Numbered from the stretch's first letter, positions 49,183 through 59,816 are shown. The stretch is 64,000 nt of DNA from Candidatus Brocadiia bacterium (GCA_046538485.1 JBKHIT010000023.1:1-64000); one strand, 5' to 3'. Translations and numbers: made by a program. Notes: generated by a model not told the origin, from the sequence alone.

Positions 49183-50400
49183 ATGGAGTGTATCGACAAA
49201 AAGCTGTTTGTGGAATCGCCAAAGGACGATACGATCGTATATTCGGAGGCTGAATACACCAAACCATCGGGCGGCGATATGATCCGATTGATGACGCAGT
49301 CCACACGATCTGATACGGTGGATTCCTGCGAGATCGATTTGTCGGAAGATCACGGCGGAACGTGGTCGCGCTCCGAATCGCTAAAGACGAAACTACCCCA
49401 TGCTGATGGTACCCTGCGCCGACATCCCCGCAGCGGCATGGCCGAGCCGGAGACGGGCCGTTATGTCAGTTTTATGACGGAAGGAGTCCTGCCGAATGAT
49501 GATCCGCTTGAAGGGTTAAAGAACTGGTATGTTCGCTACCGCGTTTCCGAAGACGGCGGGTGGAGCTGGGAGGTGGACGAACCGGTGATCCAGCAGGGGG
49601 AGCAGTACAGCGCAGATCATCCTCTGAAGGATGTGTGGAAAGGGAAGAACTGCTGCATGATCGGGGATAAAACATGTGGTCCGATTCATACCGAAGCCGG
49701 CAAAATCCTCATGCCCGTTCAGATTACACCCGTCGGCCCCGACGGTGAATACCATAATCCCGGCGGAGGATATACCTACCACGAATCGGTGGTGCTGATC
49801 GGCACGTGGGCTGAGGATCAACACCTGAAATGGGACGTATCGGAGCGCGTTGCCCACGACCCAAAACTGTCGACCCGCGGCTGCCTGGAACCCACGATTG
49901 CGCAGTTTCCCGACGGCCGCATACTGATGGTCATGCGGGGAAGCAACGGTGGATCCAAAGATCCCGAATGCGATATACCCGGACGTAAGTGGTACAGCGT
50001 TTCGCACGATGGAGGGTACACCTGGTCCCACGTCGAACCGTGGGGTTACGATACCGGAGAGCTGTTCTTCTCCCCGAGCAGTTGTTCCCAACTGTTGTCT
50101 CATTCGAACGGCAAAAAATATTGGCTGGGTAATATCTGCCCGGAAAATCCCTGCGGCAACGGACCACGCTACCCGATCGTGATCGGCGAAGTTGATTCGG
50201 ACAGTTTGATGTTGATTGAGGACAGCGTGACAGTGATCGATGACCGCGGGCCGGACGACAGCGAGCGGCTGGCGCTGTCCAATTTCCACGCTACAGAAGA
50301 CCGCCCGACGGCTTTGGTCCATCTCTACATGAGCCGCGCTTTCGCCAAAAGCAAGGACGTAAGGGGCTCAGATGCATATCTTTACCGAATTGAGGTGTAA
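49183..50400 (+). CDS. BNR/Asp-box sialidase-fold glycosidase
   Basis: SEDHGGTW, SEDGGWSW, SHDGGYTW; EPTIAQ..GRILMVMR. Alternative start at 49144. Confidence 0.85.
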   Translation: MECIDKKLFVESPKDDTIVYSEAEYTKPSGGDMIRLMTQSTRSDTVDSCEIDLSEDHGGTWSRSESLKTKLPHADGTLRRHPRSGMAEPETGRYVSFMTEGVLPNDDPLEGLKNWYVRYRVSEDGGWSWEVDEPVIQQGEQYSADHPLKDVWKGKNCCMIGDKTCGPIHTEAGKILMPVQITPVGPDGEYHNPGGGYTYHESVVLIGTWAEDQHLKWDVSERVAHDPKLSTRGCLEPTIAQFPDGRILMVMRGSNGGSKDPECDIPGRKWYSVSHDGGYTWSHVEPWGYDTGELFFSPSSCSQLLSHSNGKKYWLGNICPENPCGNGPRYPIVIGEVDSDSLMLIEDSVTVIDDRGPDDSERLALSNFHATEDRPTALVHLYMSRAFAKSKDVRGSDAYLYRIEV

Positions 50401-50514
50401 TGCGTCGTTTCTCCGACTGACGAAACTTGAATGCGAAGGTGCGCTCGCGTCAGCAAAATAAGATGCGGCACGCCTTTTCCTACGCTACGCAATTGCAGGA
50501 AGGATTGATACGTC

Positions 50515-52578
50515 ATGCAGGGCTCAGAAACAACGAACGATGCGGGAGTCACTCTGAAGATCGCAGAGGATGGTTTCGGCATCTACCACCAGGAACGGGA
50601 GGTGGGTCTGTGGAACCTGACTCTGGAAATGGAACTGAATGGCGAGCACATGCGTGCCCGCTATGCCTCGGCTGAAGAAGACAGCACGGGCATTTCGGCG
50701 GAGGGCTACATTGGCGACAGCCAGATCGCATGCGAAACACGGCTGGAATTCGTCGAGGATGGCAATGCGGCCACTATCAGACATCGCGTGCGAAATGAAG
50801 AAGAAGGAATCGTCACCCACATCACGAACGTTCGCACCTCCCAGCATACCGAAAAGGGGCGGGGAGTCTGGCTGCCGTTCTCCCGTCCGTATGATCTGCG
50901 ATATTGCCATACCGATAATGTCAGGACCGAGCGGTATCCGTACTGTATGACGGAGTCCCCGTACGTGCGTTCCTTACCGGTGGATGAGAGGCATTGCGGC
51001 ATTGGACAGGATCAACCTTTCCCCGCGTTATATCTGACCGATCGCGATTACCGCAATGGGATCGTGGTAGCAGCTCTGGAGGAAAATTGCAATTACCAAT
51101 CCTACCGGCTGAGCCGCACGGCCAGACCGTTGAGAAGCATTCTGGAAACGTTCGAGATCCGGCATGAATTCCCGCTTGCTGCTGGATTCGCGCTGGGTCT
51201 TCAGGGAGAACTGGAACTCGACGGGTTGTATGTGGAACTCTGTGAAACAACTCATCCGCAGAATGCCTACCTCAACTACATTGACCATCTCTCCGAAACC
51301 CATGATTTCCGGGGTCCGAAAACGAAGCTGCTTGACGAGGCCCTGTATTGCACATGGAACTACGGGCGGGCGGCACGGCAGGTGGAAGGAGAGCTCCTGA
51401 CAACCGCCGAATTTATCAGCGAAAACATGCCGAACGTTACTTTTTTCCTGGTGGATGCGGGATATACGTTCCGGGAAGTCGACCGTTCCGGGCTGTCCAC
51501 AAATGATTCGCTGGACATCATGTATAACGGGCCCGACGAGATGCTTGATCCTGAGAAGATCCCCGATATGCGGGCTTTCAGCGCCAAATTGCGAGACATG
51601 GGATTGCGTCCCGGCCTGTGGTGGACCCCCACAGCGATGCTGGATTCAAACCTCTACAAAGATCATCCCGATTGGTTTCTGCGGACTGAAACCGGCGCTC
51701 CGTACCGCATCGCGGGAAGGAAGGGGTTTCTGGACCTGACAGTGCCGGACGCGCGCGATTTCCTGGACAAAACCCTCAGCATCATCCTGGGGGAGTGGGA
51801 TATAGACGCGACCAAAATGGATTTCTGGAGTCAGTGTTTTGAGGCACGCGAGGGTCGACACCAGCGGCCGAATATGACGGCGGTGGAAACCCGTCGAATT
51901 CTGTTTGATCTGGTCCGAAAATATTTGCCCGAGGACGGTGTGTTCATGACGTGTGTGGCAACCGGTATGGGCAAACCGTTCATCGGTCAGCACGCGGACA
52001 CCTACCGGAACACAATCGATATCGGTTCGGGAACGTGGGATCGTCAAATCGGCAGCTGCTACTGGGCGCTGCCGGTGCTGGGAATCCCCGGGCGCAAAAC
52101 GTTTCTGCATAACAACGACAGCGTGGGGATCAACCTGAACTGTCCGGAAAATGAAAATTTTTTCCGCCTGACATGGGGGTTTATTACTATGGGGATGCAG
52201 GAGATCGGCGGTTCATTGGAACAACTGCCGGAGAAATACCGTCGGGCTATGCGCAAATATACCGACCGCTGCGAACGCGGTTTTCGCTGCCAGTGCCCCG
52301 ACGAACGGGCTTTCACCGGCGAACCTCTGCCGGAATCCCTCTATGTGACGTATCCCGAGGACAGTCGCACCTATCGGAATGGTGTCCGTCAGTCGCTGGC
52401 CCTTTTCAACTGGACCGATGAGGCGAAAGTTGTATCCGTTAAACGCTCGAAACTGGGGCAGGAAAAGCTGGTCGAAGCCGAGAATTTCTGGACGGAGGGA
52501 CGCGAGAGATTTGACGAAGAATTTATCACCAAACGTCTGGATCCGCGCTCGGCCGTGCTCTACGATGTTTTGGTGTGA
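50515..52578 (+). CDS. Clan GH-D (GH36/GH27-like) alpha-galactosidase-type glycosidase
   Basis: YCTWNY, LVDAGY, PGLWWTP, HPDW, LDLT.P, KMDF, RNTIDI. Confidence 0.8.
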   Translation: MQGSETTNDAGVTLKIAEDGFGIYHQEREVGLWNLTLEMELNGEHMRARYASAEEDSTGISAEGYIGDSQIACETRLEFVEDGNAATIRHRVRNEEEGIVTHITNVRTSQHTEKGRGVWLPFSRPYDLRYCHTDNVRTERYPYCMTESPYVRSLPVDERHCGIGQDQPFPALYLTDRDYRNGIVVAALEENCNYQSYRLSRTARPLRSILETFEIRHEFPLAAGFALGLQGELELDGLYVELCETTHPQNAYLNYIDHLSETHDFRGPKTKLLDEALYCTWNYGRAARQVEGELLTTAEFISENMPNVTFFLVDAGYTFREVDRSGLSTNDSLDIMYNGPDEMLDPEKIPDMRAFSAKLRDMGLRPGLWWTPTAMLDSNLYKDHPDWFLRTETGAPYRIAGRKGFLDLTVPDARDFLDKTLSIILGEWDIDATKMDFWSQCFEAREGRHQRPNMTAVETRRILFDLVRKYLPEDGVFMTCVATGMGKPFIGQHADTYRNTIDIGSGTWDRQIGSCYWALPVLGIPGRKTFLHNNDSVGINLNCPENENFFRLTWGFITMGMQEIGGSLEQLPEKYRRAMRKYTDRCERGFRCQCPDERAFTGEPLPESLYVTYPEDSRTYRNGVRQSLALFNWTDEAKVVSVKRSKLGQEKLVEAENFWTEGRERFDEEFITKRLDPRSAVLYDVLV

Positions 52579-52709
52579 GTGAGTGCCTGATCGTGTCTCA
52601 GGCCGAACGGAATCTTTCTGACGCAACGTTTCGTGCTGCTGTCAACGGAAAGGAAACGTTAACAGCCAGAATGCAGATCAATTTTCATTAGATATCCCAG
52701 GGAGACGAG

Positions 52710-54194
52710 ATGTCACAACCGGATATACTTTTCGTTTTTTCTGACCAGCATAACGCCCATTATTGTGGATTTGACGGACATGAGGTCGTCAATACCCCTA
52801 ATTTGGACCGCATTGCGGCTCGGGGAACGGTTTTCGATGCCGCCTATACGGCCTGCCCGCTGTGTGTGCCCGGGCGATCGGCTATGCTGACCGGGCAGTT
52901 GCCGTCCCATACCGGTATTTATACCAACGGTGGAATCATTCCCAGTGGCCAGGCCACGTTTTTGCATTCCCTCTCGGGGCGGGGTTACGAAACGGTGTTG
53001 TGCGGGCGGATGCATTTCAAGGGCCCCGACCAGCGACATGGGTTCACAAAGAGAATTATGGGGGATATCACGATGTTGGGGAACGGACGTTTTGGTGAGT
53101 GGAAAAAGACACTGGGAGTATACGGACAAGGAAGTATCAGGCTCGGAATGGGGGGCTGTGTGGACATTATGGGAGGTGGCAATTCTCCTGTACTGGAATA
53201 CGACCGGGCCGTGATAGAGGCTGCTCTCAGGTATCTGGAGCAGGAACATGAAAAACCGCAGTGTATCGTTGTGGGGACGTACGGACCGCACTTTCCTTAT
53301 GTCGCACCGCCCGAACTGTATCGGCGATATTGCGACCAGGTGGGAGTCCCCGGTAGCTGGAGGGACGAGGGTGATACGGACCATCCCATGACGGAACAGA
53401 AAAAGCAGCGAACGCGCACTGACCCGGAAACGGGGGAGAAAGTGCCCGTCACGGAGGACGATGTCCTGGCCGCTCGCGCCGCTTATTTTGGTACGATCAC
53501 TCAGCTCGACCGACAGATCGGGGAGATCCGCGATATGTGGGGTTCATATCTGGAACGAAATGGCCGGGCGGGCATATTCATCTATAGCTCCGATCACGGC
53601 GATACATGCGGTGAGCACGGCATATTCGGTAAACAAACCTTCTTCGAAGGATCAGCTGCCATTCCACTGGTTTTCGAGGGTGCTGGTGTACCGGAAAACC
53701 GGGAAGTCAGCTCCCCGGCCAGCATTATGGATATCGGACTGACTCTGTGTGATATTACCGATGCCACACCTCCACCGGCTCAGAATGGAACGAGTCTGTC
53801 CCCGTGCTTCCGGGACAATGACGCGCAGAAGGACCGCCACGTTCTGAGTGAATGGATCCAGTCGCGGGGCGATCAACTCGCTCCGGGTCGAATGGTGCGC
53901 CGTGGGCGGTGGAAATACGTCTCGTTCGCGCATTCGGATTGCAACGGACTGTTGTTTGACGTTATCGCGGACCCGGAGGAAGTCTGTGACGTATCGGAAG
54001 AACATCCGGATCTCGTCGAGGAACTCACCGTTCTGCTCAAAGAAAATTGGGACGTGAGCCATATTGTTCAGAGACACAAAGAACGAAATGAACAACGGTC
54101 TGTGATAGGCCACGCGCCGTCCAATCCATTGATTCCGTGGGATGAACAGTGGACTGTCCCGGAATGTGCTCGAAATCTTCCGGAAGTGCGATAA
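52710..54194 (+). CDS. Formylglycine-dependent (S1) sulfatase
   Basis: SDQH, CVPGRSAMLTG (CxPxR), GRMH, PHFPY, SDHG. Confidence 0.93.
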   Translation: MSQPDILFVFSDQHNAHYCGFDGHEVVNTPNLDRIAARGTVFDAAYTACPLCVPGRSAMLTGQLPSHTGIYTNGGIIPSGQATFLHSLSGRGYETVLCGRMHFKGPDQRHGFTKRIMGDITMLGNGRFGEWKKTLGVYGQGSIRLGMGGCVDIMGGGNSPVLEYDRAVIEAALRYLEQEHEKPQCIVVGTYGPHFPYVAPPELYRRYCDQVGVPGSWRDEGDTDHPMTEQKKQRTRTDPETGEKVPVTEDDVLAARAAYFGTITQLDRQIGEIRDMWGSYLERNGRAGIFIYSSDHGDTCGEHGIFGKQTFFEGSAAIPLVFEGAGVPENREVSSPASIMDIGLTLCDITDATPPPAQNGTSLSPCFRDNDAQKDRHVLSEWIQSRGDQLAPGRMVRRGRWKYVSFAHSDCNGLLFDVIADPEEVCDVSEEHPDLVEELTVLLKENWDVSHIVQRHKERNEQRSVIGHAPSNPLIPWDEQWTVPECARNLPEVR

Positions 54195-54328
54195 AGTTTT
54201 CGGCCACGAGCCCGAAACGATTTTCCCCCTCATTTAAAAATACAAAACATACCGATCTACCGTCAGGAACTTAGTGCAAGAAAAATCCGGAGCGTTCTAT
54301 GGCAAAAAATTTAGCTTGACAAATCGGA

Positions 54329-54455
54329 GACTATCTGGAAGGGGGGATGCCAATGCCAGGGATATTTCAAAATGGCAGGCACGTCTGCCCCCACCGAATC
54401 CTCAACGGGGGGCACCGTTTTGTGGTGGACCTTCAGCCCTCTGCATCCCGGGCTG
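54329..54455. repeat. ~90-bp dispersed direct repeat, copy 2, fused to a motif also seen at 45447
   Basis: Matches 45875-45967, then TGTGGTGGACCTTCAGCCC, which also occurs at 45447-45465. Confidence 0.85.
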
Positions 54456-54898
54456 CTGTCGTTGCCGTTTGTTCCCCTGCTGGAGATGCCGTGGTTGATC
54501 GGGTCCAGAGCAGACGTTTCTTACATATTCGCGTTGTTGAGACAGGCAATTCAGCCCGTGCATTCTGGCTGAGAAGGGTTATGAACGGTGTTCAATAAAG
54601 ATTCTACCCTGATTTGGCAAGAATAGCTTCCAATTATCCGTAAAATCCGGGATACGGTACCGGGGCAGGGCTAATGCAGATTAAGAAATACGGGACAATT
54701 CCCCGGTAGCACTGGTTCGGCTATTCCGGACAGTATCAAGCACCACGCATCGTCGGATAGGCCTAATGCAACATTACGATTATCCAGCCGGGATTATCAG
54801 TGACATGTTTTCGACGCGATGTGGTTGTCTTAGACTAAATGCCACAACGCGGCGCGATAAAGCCAATAATGGGGCCAGGGTGTTTCTGGGTTTTGGAT

Positions 54899-54927
54899 TT
54901 GACGCTTCTTTGTGAGCGTTATATAAT
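54899..54927 (+). promoter_or_regulatory. Sigma70-type promoter for the third GntR regulator
   Basis: TTGACG-N17-TATAAT. Confidence 0.7.
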
Positions 54928-54953
54928 AATGGAAACATTACGATCAGGGAGGG

Positions 54954-56093
54954 TTGAACGTGCCGGTCAATCAGATACAGCACCGGAGTCTGAAGGAATA
55001 TATCCATGCGGATCTTGTGCAACAAATAACGCGCGGAGATTACAATCCCGGCGATCGACTCCCTTCTATGAGCACTCTGGCAGAGGAGTATGGAACGAGT
55101 GTTAACCCGGTGCAGGAAGCATATATTCGCCTCGCCCAGGAGGGGTATGTGGAGAAACGGCCCGGTTCGGGGACCTACGTGATAGATTCCTCTGCACCCG
55201 CGGCGATGTCCGATACCGTGGTTCTGGCAATGCGGCCGGAAGGACACGTGTGGGGGAGGCTCTCGCGTCTGCTTTCCCACAGGCTCCACGACGATCTCCT
55301 CATGCCCGTTCACGTGAATCCGAATAGCGAAAATTCAAACGCCGTTCTGCGCAGCCTGGCCCGTTCAGAGGCCCGTGCGTTTCTGGTGCTGGGGTCTGCC
55401 CATCAGCCCCTTCACATTTTTCACCAACCGCCCTTCTGTTCCCGGGTGATTGTGGGACTCGTCGAGTGGGTTGGCCCGGCCTTCCCCGGGCTTTTGCGTG
55501 TTCTGGGCGACTATCGTCACGGGGGCGAGCTGATGGCCGAGCATCTGCGCGAGCGCGGGCACCGGAAGGTGCTGATGGTTGCCGCGCCCATGCAGGCCGG
55601 GAAGATGGTGGACGTTATGAACGGAGGAACCGGTCCGCATGGCCGGGGGATTGACCAGAATGATCACGGGGTGGCGTTTCTCAGCCGCTGGAAGGAGGCC
55701 GGAGCGGGATGGGACGTGATGGCAACGGATGTTGGAATGGAATCTCGGGATGGAATGGTCCGGCTGAACGAGGACGAATTTCTTTCGCATTTTAAGGGAT
55801 CCGATATTCCCACGGCAGTGTTCGGATGGAGGGACGTGGATGCGGCGGCGGCGCAGAAGGTGCTCCGAGAGAGGCGTCCCGAATTGCTGGAGGATGTGGA
55901 AATAACCGGGTTTTTCAATACCCCCTGGAGCCGCGGGGCCCATCCGCCGTTTTCCTCCGTAGATCTGAACATCGAATCGATAGTGGGTGAGGCCTGCAGG
56001 ATGGTGGAGAAAAGACTGGCCGGGGACGAGGTTGAACCCGATATCAGGTGGATTAAACCACGGCTCGTCGTGAGACCGGAGAAAAATTCGTGA
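54954..56093 (+). CDS. GntR wHTH + periplasmic-binding-protein-like regulator, paralogue of 43874-44953
   Basis: LPSMSTLAEEYGTS..GSGTYV; GFFNTPWS..PPFSSVDLN. Confidence 0.92.
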   Translation: MNVPVNQIQHRSLKEYIHADLVQQITRGDYNPGDRLPSMSTLAEEYGTSVNPVQEAYIRLAQEGYVEKRPGSGTYVIDSSAPAAMSDTVVLAMRPEGHVWGRLSRLLSHRLHDDLLMPVHVNPNSENSNAVLRSLARSEARAFLVLGSAHQPLHIFHQPPFCSRVIVGLVEWVGPAFPGLLRVLGDYRHGGELMAEHLRERGHRKVLMVAAPMQAGKMVDVMNGGTGPHGRGIDQNDHGVAFLSRWKEAGAGWDVMATDVGMESRDGMVRLNEDEFLSHFKGSDIPTAVFGWRDVDAAAAQKVLRERRPELLEDVEITGFFNTPWSRGAHPPFSSVDLNIESIVGEACRMVEKRLAGDEVEPDIRWIKPRLVVRPEKNS

Positions 56094-56248
56094 TCACTAT
56101 TGCGAATTCCGCCAGTGTAGCAATACCGGCGGACGCCGTATTGTTTTTCGTTATAAGCACTGGTGGCGTTCCATGATGCGAAGATAAACCAGATAGTGAC
56201 GTTGAGTGACAGTGAGCTATAAGTTTTTGATTTGAGGTAAGTAAAAGA

Positions 56249-59200
56249 ATGTGGGCAGATTGGCGCGGCAAACCGAATAGTAGGCGAGCAATGGTGGCGG
56301 TTATCAGTGTCCTGTTTGTTTTCATGATGGTAACAAGGCGCGCATCGGCCGGCCCTCCGGGCACCGGTGAGTCGCTGGCCACCGCCGTGCCGTTTGAGGA
56401 AGCGCCGACCATCGACGGCAAAATCGCGGAGGGTGAATGGGACCGTGCCGTCCACACCAACCTCTTTGTCGGCTGGAAACGATTGCCGTTCGAACCACGC
56501 CATGCGGCCGGGTGGATGGGATTTGATAAGGAGAACCTGTATATCGCCGTTCGGAGCGCGGCCCGCCCGACGGGGCTTCTGGCCAACAAAAAAATTGATG
56601 ATGGGCGGCTTATCCAGGATTCGGACATCGAAATCTGGATCGACCCCAACCGCCATAACCGCCGGCACGGCGAAGGAGACCTGAGCTATTATCAGTTCAT
56701 CGGCAACAGCATCGACACGACCAAGGACGTGAAGTTCGGTCCCGGCTCGCCGGACACCGGGTGGGACGTGACCGGGGAATACAAGAATTACGTCGACGAG
56801 GAGAAGGGCGTCTGGACGGCCGAACTGAGCATCCCGTGGACGGATCTGGGATGGGAAAAGGGCGCTGAACTGGGGCGCAGCATCGGCCTGGTTATCGCGC
56901 GCGACTTCAAAAGTCCCTGGAACCAGCCCACCTGGATGCCCCTGGGGGAGGCGTTCTCCAGCGTGGGAGTGTATCCCGAGGTGCGACTGACGAAAGATGA
57001 CCCTGTGGTGCGCCTGGAACAGCTTCAACATGACACGTTCGTGGGCGGGCCGCCCCTGCAGATGTCGGTGCTGAATCCGTCCGACGAGGCGCGGAAGGTT
57101 AAGGTACACATGCTGATCACCTCGACCGATATGCCCAAAATCGAGGAAGAGAAAGCATTCGATGTGCCCGCCGGTGAAAAAGTGACGTTTGAACACCAGA
57201 TTGCCGAGGGACGCCTTCACAAACGGGCTACACATACGCTGGAACTGGTCGTGACGGATGCCGATAACGACCAGGTGCTGTTCCGGCATAAGGGAGCGCA
57301 GTGGAAGAAACCCCGCCGGAAACTGTGGAACGTCCGCACCGGGCCCAACCCGCAGGCCGCCGCGAAGATCGGATACTACCCCAGCTACAAAGTGCTGAAG
57401 GTGTGGCTGCGGCCGGACGAGTTGGGTGAAGAGTTTACCGATACCCGCTCGGCCACGATCACCGTGACCGACGCGGCGGGGGAGGAGATTCTTGACGAAC
57501 AATATGCCTGGAGTGCCGAAAAGTCGGTGGGGCTGGCTGAATTCACCCTGCCGGGTGTCGACGAGGGCCTGTATACGGCCACCATAGAAATTGATGGTTA
57601 CGGTGAGCCACTTGTCCGGCATTTCGAGGACAAGAGCTTCGTCTGGGTGGACAACCACCTGGGAATAACCACCCGCATCTTCCCGCCGTTCGAGCCCATT
57701 CAGAAGGAAGGCAACACCCTGGAAGTGGTGATGCGGGAATACGCCATGAATGGACTTGGGCTCTGGGATTCAGTGCAGGCCCGGGGCAACGAGACCGATT
57801 TCAAGGAACTGCTGGCCGCCCCCATGGGCGTGCAGGTGAGTATGGAATCCGACGCCCTCGATGCGCAGGGGGAAAAACTGGAGGGTGATGGCGAGTTTAC
57901 CTCAACCAAGGCACACGAGGTGGTCTTCGAAGGTCGCGCATCGCATCCGGCGGTGAACGTCGAATCGACGACGATTACCGAGTACGACGGTTGCATGCGC
58001 GTGGAAATGGACCTGCTGCCCGGAGAGCAGCCGGAGAAGATACAGAGCCTGTGGGTGAACATCCCGATCAAAGACGAGCTGGCCCCCCTGTATCACGCCT
58101 CCACCACGGCGCTGCGCTACAACCCCGCCGGGCGCACCCCGAAAGGTGACGGGCTGTTCTGGGACACCCGGGATTTCCCGGACGGCGAATGGCCCACCGG
58201 TTTCCGTCCCTACATCTGGCTGGGAGCGGAAGAGCGCGGTCTGTGCTGGTTCGCCGACAACGATGAGAACTGGGTGAAGGATGTTGATTATGAAAAAGGC
58301 AAATACGATCCTGCCTTCAGTCTGCACCGCAAGGATGGCGTGCTGACGCTGCGCATCCACCTGGTTCAGCGCCCGGTGACGCTCAAGCGGCAGCGCCACA
58401 TCGTGTTCGGAGTGATGGCCACGCCGGCCAAGCCGATGCCCGAGGACTGGCGCGCGATCGGGCGGCCCGATTACCACGGGATGAAGTTCAGCATGGGCCA
58501 TGGTTACGGTCTCTACGGCAGCTACGCCAGCAAATATCCGCTCAATTACGACTGGGCGCGGTTCGACCATACGTATGCCAAACGAATTGGGGATAAAGAG
58601 CTCCAGAAGCGTGCCAAGAAGCGAGTGGACGCATGGTATGAACGGAACGTCGATGAACGCGCGCAGAAGATTCAGAAACTGAACCGTCTGAAGGGGTTGG
58701 ATTTTTCGAAAAGGGCGCCGGAGGATCCATACAGCGTCTATTTCGAGGAGGTCAATGCCACCCTCGTGAAAGGCGGCGAGGAACTGCCGGCATTCTACAC
58801 CGAGTGGAGCGGCCGGCCGCTGAATGAAGGATATATGTTCCGTGACCCACCGCCGGTCAGACTGCACGCGTCCACCAGCCCGGTGGTGAAAAGTTACCGC
58901 GATTTCGCCTGCTGGTATGCCGCCGAATGGCTCCGGCGCGGAATGGGAATCTATTTCGACAACACGTTCCCGCACCAGGCGACCGATCCGCTTACCACCT
59001 CGGCGTACCGGTGGAGAGGGCGAATCGTGCCGTCCGCCGGCATGTGGAACTACCGAAAGTACATGAAACGCATCTGGATTATGCATCAGCAGATGTACAA
59101 CCCCGATGCCCCGCAGGCGATGATGCTGCATATGACCAACACCCACATCGCGCCGTACATGGTGTGGAACGAGTACAACCTCGATTTCGAGTGGCGCCGG

Positions 59201-59677
59201 AGTGACAAAGTCCTGCAAAAACGCTTCTCCCCGGAGATCATCCGCACGGAGACCCTCGGGCTGAAGACGGGTAACGTGCCGGTGGTGCTCGGTTTCTCGG
59301 GCGGCCCCCCCATGCTCGTGCACGAGGTGAAAACGGGGATTTCGATCAGCAATTATCCCGAACCTCTCGTCGAGTTCGGCTACGGCAAGCCCGACTGTAA
59401 AGTGATCAACTACTGGGACGAGGGCGCGCCGATGGAAGTGAGCGATCCCGAGTGCAAATGGCTGCTGCTGAAACGCAACGGTCGCCTCTTCATCTACTTC
59501 GTCACCTGGAACGGCGACAAAAACGAGGTGAAGACCACGCTTGATCTGGATGCGCTGGGCGTGGACGTCTCGGAGGTGGTCAACGCCGAAACGGGCGAAG
59601 AGGTAACGACGCTGGAAGACGGCGCGTTCACCATTGAGATGCCCCCGTTCGGCGTGCGCTCGGTGATGGTGGAATAG
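56249..59677 (+). CDS. Large secreted CBM9-like + DUF6067-like (putative GH) protein
   Basis: Signal peptide; APTIDGKI..EW..FDKENLY..WTAELSIPW; PYIWLGAEERGLCWFADND; GIYFDN; MLHMTN. Confidence 0.82.
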   Translation: MWADWRGKPNSRRAMVAVISVLFVFMMVTRRASAGPPGTGESLATAVPFEEAPTIDGKIAEGEWDRAVHTNLFVGWKRLPFEPRHAAGWMGFDKENLYIAVRSAARPTGLLANKKIDDGRLIQDSDIEIWIDPNRHNRRHGEGDLSYYQFIGNSIDTTKDVKFGPGSPDTGWDVTGEYKNYVDEEKGVWTAELSIPWTDLGWEKGAELGRSIGLVIARDFKSPWNQPTWMPLGEAFSSVGVYPEVRLTKDDPVVRLEQLQHDTFVGGPPLQMSVLNPSDEARKVKVHMLITSTDMPKIEEEKAFDVPAGEKVTFEHQIAEGRLHKRATHTLELVVTDADNDQVLFRHKGAQWKKPRRKLWNVRTGPNPQAAAKIGYYPSYKVLKVWLRPDELGEEFTDTRSATITVTDAAGEEILDEQYAWSAEKSVGLAEFTLPGVDEGLYTATIEIDGYGEPLVRHFEDKSFVWVDNHLGITTRIFPPFEPIQKEGNTLEVVMREYAMNGLGLWDSVQARGNETDFKELLAAPMGVQVSMESDALDAQGEKLEGDGEFTSTKAHEVVFEGRASHPAVNVESTTITEYDGCMRVEMDLLPGEQPEKIQSLWVNIPIKDELAPLYHASTTALRYNPAGRTPKGDGLFWDTRDFPDGEWPTGFRPYIWLGAEERGLCWFADNDENWVKDVDYEKGKYDPAFSLHRKDGVLTLRIHLVQRPVTLKRQRHIVFGVMATPAKPMPEDWRAIGRPDYHGMKFSMGHGYGLYGSYASKYPLNYDWARFDHTYAKRIGDKELQKRAKKRVDAWYERNVDERAQKIQKLNRLKGLDFSKRAPEDPYSVYFEEVNATLVKGGEELPAFYTEWSGRPLNEGYMFRDPPPVRLHASTSPVVKSYRDFACWYAAEWLRRGMGIYFDNTFPHQATDPLTTSAYRWRGRIVPSAGMWNYRKYMKRIWIMHQQMYNPDAPQAMMLHMTNTHIAPYMVWNEYNLDFEWRRSDKVLQKRFSPEIIRTETLGLKTGNVPVVLGFSGGPPMLVHEVKTGISISNYPEPLVEFGYGKPDCKVINYWDEGAPMEVSDPECKWLLLKRNGRLFIYFVTWNGDKNEVKTTLDLDALGVDVSEVVNAETGEEVTTLEDGAFTIEMPPFGVRSVMVE

Positions 59678-59679
59678 CA

Positions 59680-59782
59680 AATCGTAATCGTCGTCATGGT
59701 CGCTATCGCCTGTTTTATATGCGTTAACGTCAGGAGGACCGATTGCAACTTGTCTGACTCCGGCATGATTACGATGACGATT
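59680..59782. repeat. Imperfect inverted repeat made of ATCGTA-like hexamers
   Basis: AATCGTAATCGTCGTCATG (59680-59698) vs CATGATTACGATGACGATT (59764-59782), 16/19 complementary. Confidence 0.6.
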
Positions 59783-59816
59783 ATTCGTGCGTCTTTACTC
59801 ATAGGAGGGTTGGGAT

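Noticed and set aside
55664..59680. Long minus-strand ORFs of 664 aa and 592 aa
   Set aside because: Antisense shadows of GC3-rich plus-strand genes, with no recognisable motifs.
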